Positions 36,501 to 48,900 of a stretch of 64,000 nucleotides of DNA are shown here, piece after piece. The position numbers and the translations under genes were made by a program. The stretch lies in assembly GCA_001724265.1 (NCBI GenBank), contig MEDY01000030.1, positions 62,001 through 126,000 on the forward strand. The letters run 5' to 3'. How positions within the stretch are numbered: position 1 is the stretch's first letter; every line of letters starts with the position of its first letter. Under the pieces are notes generated by a model. That model saw only the letters and a list, made by a program, of their open reading frames with translations, searched no databases and was not told the origin of the DNA. This stretch comes from Rhizaria sp. SCN 62-66. Lineage: Eukaryota.

Positions 36501-39430
36501 AAGCCGGAGTTTGCGCTTGAGGCGCTGTGCAAGCTGCTGATGGCGCAGGCGCTGGGCTCTGACCTCGACGCCGCTGCGGCGGCGCGCGCGGCGGGCAGCT
36601 CCGCCGCGGGTGCGAGCGCGGCGGCGTCGGCGGCGACCGCGCTGTTGCCGCTTCTGCGCTCGACGCCGCCGCAGTGGCGCCCAGTGCAAGCTGACGCCTT
36701 CGCCACGTGCGCCGAACACGACGTGACGACCGCTGGCGCGCTGATGTTAGGCCGCGCCGACGGCGGCGTCACGGTCGAAGCGGGCCCCACGGCCGCCGAG
36801 AGCGCGCGCGCGGACACTGCTCCGTTCCTCGTCTCCGCAGACGTGCTGCCAGGAGTCACGCATTGCTACGTGCGCCCGCTTGGCTCAGCCGAGCGGCTCG
36901 CGCGTTTGCTGTTCGTGGTTGGCCAGTGCGCGAGCAAGGTTCTGTCTGCACTTGAGGTCGAGGAGAACACGCTGAAGAAGCTGGTTGTGATGCCCGGTAA
37001 GAAGGGCGTCGTAGCCGCGAAGCAAGTGCGCGCGCGCCGCCGCTCGTCGCTGATTGCAATGGAGAGCATTGCGAAGCACGCGCTGTCGGAGCAGCGCGAG
37101 TCTCTGCTGGGCAGCGACGACGACAGCGACAGCGAAGACAGGAAGAACGTCAACAAGGCCGGCGCTGAGGAAGATGGCGACGAGGAGGAGTACACTGCGC
37201 CCCAGTCCAAGGCTGCCGCCGCTGCCGCCAAGAAGGCCGCCGCTGGCGCGACTCGCAAGCCCCGTGGCAAGACCGCCGCCGCCGCCGCCGCTGCTGCTGC
37301 TCCGCCTGTTGAGGAGGCCGGCGACGAGGAGGACGAGGTGCAGCAGATGATCGCCACCAACGCAAGCAAAGAGATGGAAGTCGAGGCCCGCCTCGCCGCG
37401 GCCGAGGACACTTTAGTGCATCTCACTACGCACGCACGGTCACTGCTGGCGACGTTCGGCCCGCTTATCCGCGAAGTCATGTGGAACCCGTCGGTGTACG
37501 CGCACGATGCACTGCAGGCCGCCGCTGTGTTGGCGTTGGTCAAGTTTATGTGCGTGTCGCGCCGGTTCTGCGTTGAGCACACGCGCATGCTCGCGTCCGT
37601 GCTCACTCACTCGGAGTTGGCGGTCGTGCGCGCCAACGTCGTCGTCGGTTTCGGCGATCTCGTGCAGCGCTGGCCGAATGACGTGGAGCCCTACTGCAAG
37701 TACTTGTACGGACGCCTGCGCGACGCTGATGTGGCGGTTCGTAAAAATGCACTTCTTGTCCTCTCGCACCTCGTGCTGAACGACCTCCACAAGGCGAAGG
37801 GCCCGATTCCGCACGTTGCGCTGTCGCTGGAGGACGAGGACGAGCGCGTGCGCGAGCTTGCGCGGTTGTTCTTCACCAGTCTCATCACCAAGATGCACGA
37901 CAAACGCGCTCTGCTGCAAGTCGCGATCCCAGATGTCGTGCAGTATGTATCATCGATCGAGGGCGTGACAGACGCCGAGTTCCGCGCGATCCTCAAGACG
38001 CTTCTCGCCTTTGCTGGGTCCGGACAGCGCGATATGGAAGCCATCCTCGACAAGCTCTGCTCGCGTTTCGCGCTCGCCAAGCTCGATCTGGGCGCGATTG
38101 ATAAGAGCGCACTGGGCGACTCCGAGAGTGCGGTCGCGGGGGCCGAGTGGAGCCCGCTCGAGGCGCTTGAGTGGGGCACCGGGGCCGGCGTCGCTGTTAG
38201 TATCGACCTGCTCACGGTCACCGCTGGCGGCTGCGCTGGGGACGACGACGGTGCGGACGTGCTCCGGCTCACGGTCACTGCCGTGTCGGGAGAGCAGGCC
38301 AAGAACCACCACAGTGATCTGCTGGCGGCCTCGGCTGCGGCGCGCGCGGCGGCCGCGGCCCGGGCGGCGGCGGCGCGCAATGCGAAGCTCGGAGTGCGTT
38401 CGTACCGCCCTCGTCCTGCAGACCTTGCCATGCTCGCTCAGGTACGTAAATCATCGGCTTTACTATCTTTAATTATTCAAATGCGATATATGCCACACAA
38501 TTTAATCATGAAATCAACTAAAATAATACCAAGTTGATTGTTTTATTCAACTCACACCATATTCGCTTTGTTTTATGTTCTAATGTCTTTTTCTGTGCCT
38601 TTACCTTGTCATAGTGCCGCAACCTGGCGTTCTGCCTGACCCAGCTGCCCCTGCCGGCCTCGTGCGTGCCGCGCCTTGCAGACCACTTTGCACACTACCA
38701 GTCCGTTCTCGGCGACAAGGTCGTCTTCGCGCACTTCGAAACCGTGCTTTCATCTCTCGCCAAGACTGTTCGCGGTTCATCTTCTGCTAAGGACGGCGCT
38801 AAGGAAGGCAAGGAAGGCAAGGACGAGGGTGCGAGCGGCGGCTCAACGGCGGCGGAGCAGCTTGCCGAGCTCCAGGACAAGATCCGCCAAGAGCATGCCA
38901 AACAAGAGGGCGAATCGGGCTCCGCCGCCGCCGCCAGCCGTTTCGGCTCAGCCGTCGCTTTCACTATGCGCGACTCCGCCGCCGCGCTTGACGCCGCGTT
39001 AAGCAGCGCCAAGTTTGCCCAGGCGCAGCTCGCGGCGAAGAACGCGCCCAAGACTGCCGCAGCGGCCAAGAAGAAGGCCGCCGCTGTCGCCGCCGCTGTT
39101 GCGACCCCTGCGAAGGGCAAGGGTAAGACCGCTTACGCTGCCGCGACAAGCAAGGCGAAGGGCAAAGCGGGCGCGCGTGGTCGTGGCGCGCGCGGGCGCG
39201 GTGGCGACAGCGAGAGCGAGGGTGCTGACGAGAACGACAGCCCTGACGATGATGACGATGATGATGATGACGACGAGGAGGAAGTTGCGCCTGCACCTGC
39301 GCCCGCTCCTAAGGGCCGTGGCAAGGCTGCGGCTGCTGCGCCTGCGCCTGCGCCTGCGCCCGCTGCTAAGGGCAAGGCGGCGGCAGGCGGCCGGCGCGCG
39401 CGCGCTCTCAAGGATGAGGACTCCGACTAA
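33582..39430 (+). CDS. NCAPD2: Condensin I HEAT subunit CAP-D2 / Cnd1; exons 33582-38441 and 38615-39430
   Basis: Motifs RNSVKMYVYLL, DRALDVNAHVRAKVL, GVRAMLPLVW and the Cnd1 domain LQAAAVLALVKFMCVSRRFC...VRANVVVGFGDLVQRWPNDVEP...VRKNALLVLSHLVLNDLHKAKG...ELARLFF. A phase-0 intron (38442-38614) leads to CRNLAFCLTQL. The gene ends in TAA. Confidence 0.93.
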
Positions 39431-40351
39431 GAGCGTGGGCTGATGCGTCTACTGTTTGATGTCTTGTCTTGTTCAGGTGGTTGTGGTTTTAAGTAAAGTA
39501 ACGATGATTTCTTTTTATTTTATAGCGTTTTTTTTTTTTTTTGTTTTGTTTTGTTTTTGTTTTGTTATTGACTCGTCGTGGGCAAGCCTGTAGTGTACTC
39601 TCAGTGTGTTTTGCTGCGTTTATTGGTCGTTTCTGTCCCTTTTGTTTTGTCCTAACTTCTTTCCCCTCTTGGAATCGTTCAAGTTGGCCCTGCCGATCGC
39701 GTCATGAGGGATGCAAACGCGCATTAGATGCCTCTTTGTCAGGATATCCGCGCCCACAGTGGATGTGGGTGCGCGAACCGACGGGGTTGCGCGCTTTCTT
39801 TTAAACTCAAGTACATGTACCATGAATACAAAATAGTAATTGCAACTGCGTGACCAAAGGCCGCGAGTGACCGCTTCATCTTAGCCAGGGATATTCACAC
39901 GTATTTAAGAGTTTTTGGAAAGAAAAAAACTTGAATACAATAATAATTATCTTGAAAATGCGTAATTTGCAGTCATAGTATACAAATAGGATGCTTATGG
40001 AGTGTTGCATGCGATGGAGCGAGTTAGACCAGCGTTTGTGGCTGGGAAGAGCCAGTTGACGAGCCGCAGTGGCCGACAGCGACAACACGGTCATCAGGAC
40101 CAAGGGGTGTATCGAATAGTCGCATTTAAGGGCACTTCGTGCTTTCGTAGTGTCAATATATATATAGTACCGAAATGAAGATATGGTGTTGCACCATTGG
40201 AACAAATAGCATGCGTCGTGACGGTCGTTTGTATGTCTTGGGACGTGCTCGAAGTCTTGCTCCCTTTGCCCGACGACGACGACACCTCATTTCACTCTTT
40301 TCTTTTTTTAACCCCCCTTCCCCACTTTGTTCTTCTTCAGAGCGACCCTCA

Positions 40352-40843
40352 ATGGCTGAGTTCGCTAACAAGGTGTCGTTCATCGGCATTATTGGCGACG
40401 AGGTACGCACCCACCCCTTTTTCCCGCTTTTTTTTCCCTCGCCCCCTGCGACGTAACTCCGCTCACCACTCTTGTTTCCTCCTTCCCGTTTGCCCCTGCG
40501 CTTCGTTCCCTCGTTCCCGCTTTAGGACACCTGCACGGGTTTCCTCCTCGCTGGCGTTGGCCACCGCGACAAGAAGGTTGGCTCCAACTTCCTCATCGTT
40601 GACCCCGAGAAGACGCCCAAGGAGAAAATCATTGAGTTCTTCAAGGGCCTCATTGCCCGCAAGGACCTTTCCCTCATCCTCATCAACCAGCACATCGCCG
40701 AGATGATCCGTCCCACGCTCATCGCGCACACGGCGCCCATGCCGACTGTGCTCGAGATCCCCTCGAAGGAGCACCCTTATGATGAGGCGAAGGACCCTCT
40801 GATGATCCGCGTCAAGCAGCTCCTCGGTAACCCCGACGATTAA
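40352..40843 (+). CDS. ATP6V1F: V-type H+-ATPase subunit F (V1); exons 40352-40402 and 40526-40843
   Basis: Splicing of a GTACGC...TTTAG intron (40403-40525) gives IGIIGDE|DTCTGFLLAGVG...NFLIV...ILINQHIAEMIR...VLEIPSKEHPYD. The gene ends in TAA. It is missed as a unit by the ORF track. Confidence 0.95.
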
Positions 40844-41191
40844 GCTGCAAATACGGCAGCATGTCGCGTTTCTATTGAGCGCGATTGAGACAGTGGCGTC
40901 GGCGCTGAGTGAGCTGGCTGAGTGCGCCCGTTAGCGCGCATTTGCGCTGAAACGGCGGCCTCCAGCAGCCATTGCACGACAGCACTCTCATCGACTCCAA
41001 CAACACATTTCTTGCTGTTCTAAAACATCCCAAAAGTAAAACTTTTCTTTCAAGTTATCAAGACAAAATACACAGTTAACAACGTTTTTATTCTACATTG
41101 ACTCTAATCGGCCCTAATCGAATTGACATAACCACTTGCATTGAATCAATTCAGCGCATATTCACAACGAACATGAACGAACTGAAAAGCT

Positions 41192-41878
41192 TCATGCGTA
41201 TTCAGCCTGTGCGGCCGCGACTTCCTCCATCTCCTTGCGCGCGCGCAGAACAAGCTCCGCGCGGTAATACGCGGCCAGCGCGCGCTCGCGGTGCTCCGCG
41301 GCGGCCGCGGCGGGGAGGCGGCCGACGACGCGGGCGGGATTGCCGGCTAAGATGGAGAACGGGGGAGCGACGAAGCCATCGGGTACGCGTGCGTGGGGCA
41401 TTACGCGGACGCAGGAGGCCAAAACGGCGCGGGAACCGACGACCGCGTCGTGCATGACGTGGCAGAGCGGGCCGAGCGACAGGGCCTCGATGACGCAGCC
41501 TTCTTCAACTATGCAGAGGTCGCCGACAGTCAACGGTGCGTGGACCACAGTTCCATCCGGTGCAGTCTATGAACACGGTCGCAAAACGGTATTCGACTCG
41601 ATGAGACAGCCTTCGCCGATGGAGACGGGCGCGAGGTCACCAATAATCTGCGCGTTGGGCGCAATGACGGTATGGCCGCTAGTGCAGGTGACGGAGCCGG
41701 TGATGAGGGACGGGACGCCGATGTGGTTCAGCGACTTGGTGCTCATGTAGCTAGCGCTCGCTTCACCCGCAGAGAGAAGGACCTGGGAGAAGGAAGAGTC
41801 ACGGGAAGCGAGCGGGCCGTACACCGCCAGCGGGGGCGGGGCAAACTCGAACGCGCGCGGTGCGTCGCAGCTGTCCAT
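41192..41878 (-). CDS. DCTN5: Dynactin subunit 5 (p25), left-handed beta-helix; in-frame TAG at 41569-41567
   Basis: GHTVIAPNAQIIGDLAPVSIGEGCLIESNTVLRPCS[TAG]TAPDGTVVHAPLTVGDLCIVEEGCVIEALSLG...VVGSRAVL...VAPPFSILAGNPA is colinear with p25 (GKTI...IIRGDLANVRVG...VIRPP...PLHIGDHVFIEEDCVV...VVPPFTVFSGCPG, recalled). The gene ends in TGA. Confidence 0.85.
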
Positions 41879-42376
41879 GGTGCGATCTGCGGTGTGTGGT
41901 AGTGAGGGGAAGAGAAGAGCTACGCGAAAGGAAAGGGAGTGGAGCACGACGGCGTTGTCGAAGAGATATGAAAGGGTGAATTGGACCTGGAGATATTTTC
42001 CGAAATAAAATTGGTCATTCAGGAGTTGTTTAAGTCTGAAAGCGACTTGCAGGGCAATCTGACAAATGTAAGACATCGAGATGGCTTGGCAAAGTTGAGT
42101 GTTTCTGGCATGGGCTCCTTCGGCTCCAAAAATCGGGGCGAGGCCAACAGCCGCAGACGTTTTGGCGCGCGACTCGGGGGGCTCCTTTGCCGAGATATTG
42201 TGAGTCACCCCATAAGTTTTAGAACATATAATTTGTATATCAAACACACATTCTACTTATCTCTTTGTAAAAACTTCTGCACCGGTATTGACGGTGTATA
42301 TCTCTCTCCCCAGCCTTTTTTCTCACGCTACGCGCTTTTTTGATCTCCCTGCTCTTTCGCTTATCAGCCGGCTGAG

Positions 42377-45300
42377 ATGGACCAGGAGGGGACAGTCCGC
42401 GTACACGAGTACGACTGGAGTGTTTCCTCGCGCTCAACCGAAGACACCTTGGTTCTCACCCGCAAAATGAAGACTGCCAAGCCTCCCCCGGCCCCCGCCA
42501 AGCCTGCGCCGGCACCAGCGCCCCCCGCGCCCAATGCTCTGCCGTTGCTCAAGGACGTCGTCCCGGCGTCGTTCATCGGCCCTTCTGTCAACTCCGTCTA
42601 CGCCAAGATGGCGAAGCGCGTGGAGACCATGGAAGAGCGCATTGAGCGCGCTAAGAAGTACCGCATGACCAAAACCCGTTTCGCGTATCTCCAAGCGCGC
42701 CGCGCCGAGCGCCGCAAGCAGACGATCGCGTCGTCGCGCCGTTGGCCCTACGCAGACGCGCGCAACCGCGAGCATTACCGTCCGCTGTTCGAAATCCCCG
42801 CGCCCGTTGCGGCGGCCGTGGAGGCGGAGCTTGCGCTGGCGATTGCGGCGGTCGACGCGCAACGCGCCGCCGAAGCCGCCGCCGCTGCCGCCGCCGCCGC
42901 TGCCGAGGCTGCCGCTGTGAAGGAGAGTGAAAGCGTCCCCACCGCGCTCGCTGCGGAGGGCGACGGCACCGACGGCGACGCTGAAGCACCCGCTGCTGCT
43001 ACCGCTGCGGCGCCAGCGGTTGCGACGCCAGCGGCTGCTGGCCCCGTGACTGCTCCCGCTGCCGCTGCTGCCTCAGGCGCGAACTTACTCGTCCCGACCT
43101 CATCATCGTCCTCATCGTCTTCATCGTCGTCCTCTCTCTTAGGCCCCGCCTCTGCCTCTGCCTCTGCCTCTGCCTCTGCCTCTGCGTCTGTGTCGTCGTC
43201 GTCGTCGAGCTACGGCCCCGCTGCAAGTTGTCTTACCACCGGCGCCCTCTTGCTCCCCGGTCTCGCTGCATTCGCGGGCGGCTCATCCCGTCTCATGGCC
43301 GACCCGCGGCTGCAGTCCGCGCTCGGGCGCTGTCTGCCCTCGCCGCCGGTCGATTTCGTCAGCGATGAGGACGACGACGCCGGTGACACTAAGCGCGGTG
43401 GGAGGGACAAAGATAAGGACAAAGACGGCGGAGGGAACAATAACCTCTCTGCTGCGTCGTTGTTTTCTGGATCGTTTCCGACTAGTGCTGGCGGCGGCTT
43501 TAACTCCTCTACCGGTAGTGCAGGCTCTCTCCCCGCCGGCTCTTCCGCGAAGCCCGCGTCGCTGCCCGTCCTGCAGCTGCTGCGGACGCCCATCGCGCCC
43601 TCTGGCTGGGCCCGGTCGGTCACCGCGCTCGCCTCGCTCCCGGGCGCCGGACTCCCGCTGTCGCGCTTCTTGTGCCCGCAGCACGAGGTGCTCTTGCGCA
43701 CGGCGGAGCAGTCGCCGAGCACGCCGATGGCGGAATGGCGCCGCGCGCTGGTGCTGGCGCGGGCCGTGCGCAACCCGAACTCGGCGCAGTTACGCTTCTT
43801 CCGGCCCCCATCTAGCACGAGCTCCAACAGCAGCAGCAGTAGTAGCAGCTCGAGCAGTAGTAACAGTGCAAGTCAGTCGGGCCAGGCTCCCCACAGCCGC
43901 ACGCGTCCCTTCGTCACCTTCGCTGAGCTGACCTTCGTCGCTCTGGGCCACGTCGTCTGGGCACCCACCACCCCCGCGGCGACCCACGCGCTGCCGGCGA
44001 CGGGACACATGGGTCCCGCGTGCCGCGTCGCCGTCCTCCGCAACGGCGTCGTTGCGCTGCCCCAGTCCGTCCGCCCCAGTGACATTCGCGAAGCGCAGCG
44101 GTGTGTCTCTGCGGGCGAGCCCTGGGAGCTGGTTCTGTCACTCGAAACCTGGCAGTTCGCGCTCGCGCCCGTGACCCGCATCGTCGATTTTGCGGTCGGG
44201 TTTACTCAGCACTGCGCAGCGCCGCTATCCCTGTCTGCCGCCGCGGCGGTCGCGTTTGCAGCCGCTCGGTCGACTGCGGAGCACATGTGGACGCGGTGGC
44301 GGCGCCGCCACGGTGACGTTCTGGTGCATAATACGCTCGTTCACGGGGCGCGGCTGCTGCGGCTGCGGGCGCAGGCGCATCATGAGCTCGCTATCGCCGC
44401 GCTTGCTCTGTACCCGCGCCCCGAGGGGAAGCCGTCCGGCAGCAGCGACGAGCGCGCACTCACCCTTCACGGCCACGGCCACAGCCACAGTCATGGGCAC
44501 GGGACGGCGGTGATCGGTGATACTGGCGTAGACGCGCTCGAGTCCTCGGGCCCGGCATGGGACGATAAAGTCGCCTTTCTGACCCCCGGCGGCACGGGAA
44601 TCCCCGCGCCGGAGCTGCTGCAGGCTGACCCGCGTGCTTACGTGCAGCGGACCAACTTGCGCCTCTCGGCCGCCGCGGCGTCGGCCACCGCCGCGGTCGC
44701 CGCCGCAGCCGCTGCAGCTGTCACAGCCTCACTCTCCTCGTCCTCGTCATCGGCGCTCTCTGCGTCCGCGTCTGCGGGGGCGCCAGGGTCCGTGCCGTGC
44801 ACCGAGCTCGTGCTGTCGACAGGTAACAACAACAAGAGTGGCGACAACAATAACAACAAGCCGCGGCGCGTTCTCCCTCCTGCTGACGACGACGCTCTCG
44901 GCATGTCAGGCGCCAGCGCTGCTCTGCGCTCGCTTCCTTCCGCGCTCTGGCCGCTAGTGCGCGCCGCCGCGGCACTGCGTGAGCGGCCGCTGCAGTGGAT
45001 CGACCTCATCGGCCAGCGTGTCGTTGTCTGGTGGCCGCCCGAGGAGCGGTGGTTCCGTGGTGAAGTTGTTCAGATTAACCTCGCCGCGTTGTCCGCGTTC
45101 GTGCGGTATGATGACGGCGACGCGGCGTGGATGGCGCTGGGCGAGGACGCCGCGTGCCCGCTCCCGCGCGAGCTCGACTGCTTCTTCAAAGCTCCCTGGG
45201 GCGACGATGCGCCGCCCGACGAAGGAGATTTCAGCGACGAGCTCTCTGGTGCGGACCACGACGACGAAGCAGCTGCCGCGGCGCACTCGGCCGCCGTCGC

Positions 45301-45889
45301 TGCGGCCGCGGCGGCGCGCGAGAGCGGCGGCAAGGCCGGCGGCAAGAGCGGCGGCATGAGCTCCTCCGCGCGCGCTGCCCGTGCCGTCCACTTCCAGTCC
45401 GCGGCCTTCGCAATCGCCGTGCGTGCGTCCCGGTCTGCGGCCCCGGACCCGGCGCCGCGCGCGCTGGACTCCGACTTCGAGTCCGAGCTTGACTGGGAGG
45501 ATCCCGTCGACACGCGCAACAGGGTGCTGCGGCGCCGGGCCGCGCGCGCGGAGCGCCGGGCGCGGCGCGAGGCGAGGCGTGCGGCGGCGGCTGGCGGCGC
45601 GCTTCGTGACGGGCAGGGAGGGGATAACTTGGAAGACGGCGACGTTGAGGCCGAGGCCGAGGCCGAGGCCGATGCCGAGGCCGATGCCGACGCCGAGGCC
45701 GACGCCGACGCCGACGCCGATGCTGACGGTGGCGGTGACGGTGAGGACGGCGCTGTTGCGACCCCTGGCGCCACGCCGATGACTGACGGCGGCGACGGCG
45801 GCGCGAACGGCGGGGGTGCGGTGACTGTTGTGGGGGTGCGCGAGCGTGACCGTCCGCTTGCGTCGGTCGGGGCACGCTCCGCCGCCGCC

Positions 45890-45922
<33 letters not shown>

Positions 45923-48900
45923 GAGGCCGGGAATGACGGCGAGATCGTCACTCCGTCGGCGCTGGCCCGCACCAAGGCCGCCGTGGCCGCTAGCAACCGC
46001 GCGAGTGCTGAAAACAACGACTCTGCTGCCGGTGCCAGCGGCCCCGAAGGCGCCAACGAGGGCGACGCGACGGACGCAACGAGCTCCGAAGTCGACGAGT
46101 TCGAGGAAGACGAGCTGATCGAGGCCGCGGCACGGCTTGCTGACACGCCCGAGGCACGTCGCCGTCGTCGCGCGGCGGCACGGATGCAGCGCGCACAGGA
46201 AGCGGGCGCGCAACGCACATGCTGGGGCTGCAACGGGTGCGAAACGGCCGGCGGCGGCAGCTCGAAGCTGGCGTACGCGAGTATGCGTGACGGCGCGGCG
46301 GCCGCGATGGTCAAGGAACAGGCCGATCTCGTCCGCTGTACGCGTTGCGGCAAGTCGTGTCACCGTGAGTGCTTCCGCCTGCTCGTGCAAAAGGCCATCG
46401 CCGCGCAAGAGCGTGCTTTGGTGGAGCACGAACGCACGCTTGAAGACGCGGACCCCGCCAAGCGCGCCGCTGCCGACGGCGCGAGCGCGGCGGACGGGTC
46501 CGCGGCGGGCGACGGCGCGCACACGAGCGCGGCGCCGACCAACCGTAGCCACAAGAAGAGCACGGCGAGTTCCAACAGTAGCTCCAACTCGCTGCCCGGG
46601 TCCGCTTCGGGGGACGGAGAGCCGACTCTGGTAGCGGGCCGCGACCTCGTGGCGACTGAGCTGTGGCAGCCCAAGCTGCGGCTAAATCCTGCGCAGGAGC
46701 AGACCCAGTACCAGGTGTCGTGGCACCTGCGTGAGTGGCGCTTCGCGGGTGAATCGCTGCATCTGATCCCTCAGCTGGCGTATCCGCGGTGCCCCGACTG
46801 TCTCGCGTGTGAGCACTGCGGCGAGCCGGACGAGCCCGAAGCGATGGTGACGTGCGATGTGTGCGAGCTCCGCGTGCATATGCAATGTCTTGACCCGCCG
46901 CTCGCGTCGCGCCCGCCCGGTGGGTGGATCTGCGTCGATTGCGTGCGCTGCCGCTCGTGCAACCAGTCCACCTCGAACAGGTACGCAGCGCCCGAAGAGC
47001 TCGTTTACCGCGCTCTCGGCCGCGCGCCGCCCAAGCGCCCCGCTGGCGGGTCCCGCGCGGGCAACGCCAACACCGTCAACGCCGAGGTTGCCGCCAACAG
47101 CGCCAAGGACCGGCGCGAGGCTGAGGCCGCGGCTGTTGAGTTAGGTTTCGCCAAGGCGAACCGGAACAAGAAGATCGTGCACCACGCCGACGACGACGCG
47201 CCTCATGGCTCCAAAATGCGTTCGTCCCCGCGCGCGTCAAAGCATTTGGCGGCGCACGTTGACGGCGCAATGGCGTCCGCGTCGCGGTCGCTGTTCCAGG
47301 CCGCGCATCAGCGCACGTCGCGCGCGCGCAAGCCCGCGACCGTGGAGTCCGGCGTGCCGGTGCTGGAGCTTCTGGCGCGCGAGGCCGCACTGGAGCTGTC
47401 GCACCCGATGCTCGCCGCGCGCGCTGGACTGCCGCGGCCGCTGGTGTCTGCGCTGGCGATTGCGGACGCGCTGGGGCTAACGATTGAGAGCATGATCCCC
47501 GATAAAGTGCGTCTGCCGGTCATGCCTGAGGCACCGCGCGCGGTGGTGCACTTGTTGGTCGAGGAGGAGGCCACGGCGCAGGCTCTGGCGGCGGCCAAGG
47601 TAAGTGCGAATGCTGCACAGGCGGCTGCGGCTGCAGAGCACTCTGAGAGACTCGCATCTGCGGCATCTGCGGCCTCGGCGTCTGCGGCTTCTGCGGCTGT
47701 CACGGACGCCACCGCAGCAGCGCCGGAGATTGCGACAGAGACCGACTCAACTGCGACTGCTGCTGCCGCTGCTGTTGCTGGTCCCGTGCCTGCGACGGAG
47801 AGCGACGTCACAACTGCGATGACCGACACCGACCCGTCGACAATCCCCGACAGTGCGAGCTCTGCGAGCACCACTGCGTCGACTGTGCCAGCTTCTACGA
47901 GCGCCACCGCGAGCGCGACGAACGCAGCGGGCGCGGCTAGCACAACGGGCGCGGCTACGACCTCCATGGCGGAGGACGAAGAGCTGGCGATGAGATTGGC
48001 GGCTGAGGAGGCGGAAGGGCTGGGTCCTGCCGCGGCGGCGCGCCGGCGTGCGGCGGCTGTGCGTCTGGACCAACTGCGCAGCGCTGCGGAGGCTGCGGAT
48101 GAGGAAGCGAGCCGCAAGCTTGTGGCGCCCTCCGTGTGGCTCAAGATCATGTACGCCACGTGCCCGTTCCTGCAGACGCCGATGCTGAGTCTGTCCGCAC
48201 TTATCACGCGCAACTTCGTCCCGCCCGTGACGCCCGTATCCGTGCTCGACGCCACCGAGTACGCCGAGGCGCTGCGTGAGCATAGGTTGCAGCACAGGCG
48301 CGACCGCCCGCCGCTGCCGTACCGCCCCACCACCTCGCGCAAGAGCCAAGTGCGGCGCAACGGGCTCTTCGCCTCGTATGCCGAGCTTTCGGACGAGGAA
48401 GAGGCTGAGCGCGTGGCGAGCCGTCTTCAGGCTCGTGCCGCCGCGACTGCGCCGCCACCCCCGCTGGTGTGGCACGCGCCGCCTCGCCCGCAGGAGGCCG
48501 CACAGACTGCATTCCGCGCCATTTCCAAGGTTCTGACGGCGCTTTTCTCGCCGCAGTCGCCCGAGGGCCCCGACGCGCCGGTGCGGCCGGTGCTCGTGGC
48601 GCGGGACTACCTCACGCTCGTGCGCGCGCAACTGCAGCGGCACGCGGTGAGTTCGCACTGGCGCGTGCTCGGCGCGCGGCCGGACGACGTACCGGTGTGG
48701 AAGTTTGACTACACGATGTGCTACGAGTGTGGCGTGCGGTGCGATCAGAACTGGAGCTGCCCGCTGTGCGACAAGGTGTGGTTTGAGGATGAGCCCGAAC
48801 CGATGATTGAGTGCGACACGTGCCAGCGCTGGGTTCACGTCAAGTGCGACGGTATGACCGGGGATGTGTTCGAGGAGGCTGCCAGCGACACTGTGCGCTA

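Noticed and set aside
39528-39570. Poly-T/(TTTTG)n tract as a retroelement tail or terminator
   Set aside because: No element body or target-site duplication is visible. It is consistent with a U-rich 3'UTR of CAP-D2.
40231-40340. Possible 5'UTR intron (GTATGT...TTCAG) upstream of V-ATPase F
   Set aside because: Plausible from the pyrimidine tract, but it cannot be validated by reading frame, so it is not annotated.
41879-42247. N-terminal extension of the 41567..42247 ORF
   Set aside because: It runs through AT-rich promoter-like DNA with no p25 similarity. ATG 41878 is the more plausible start.
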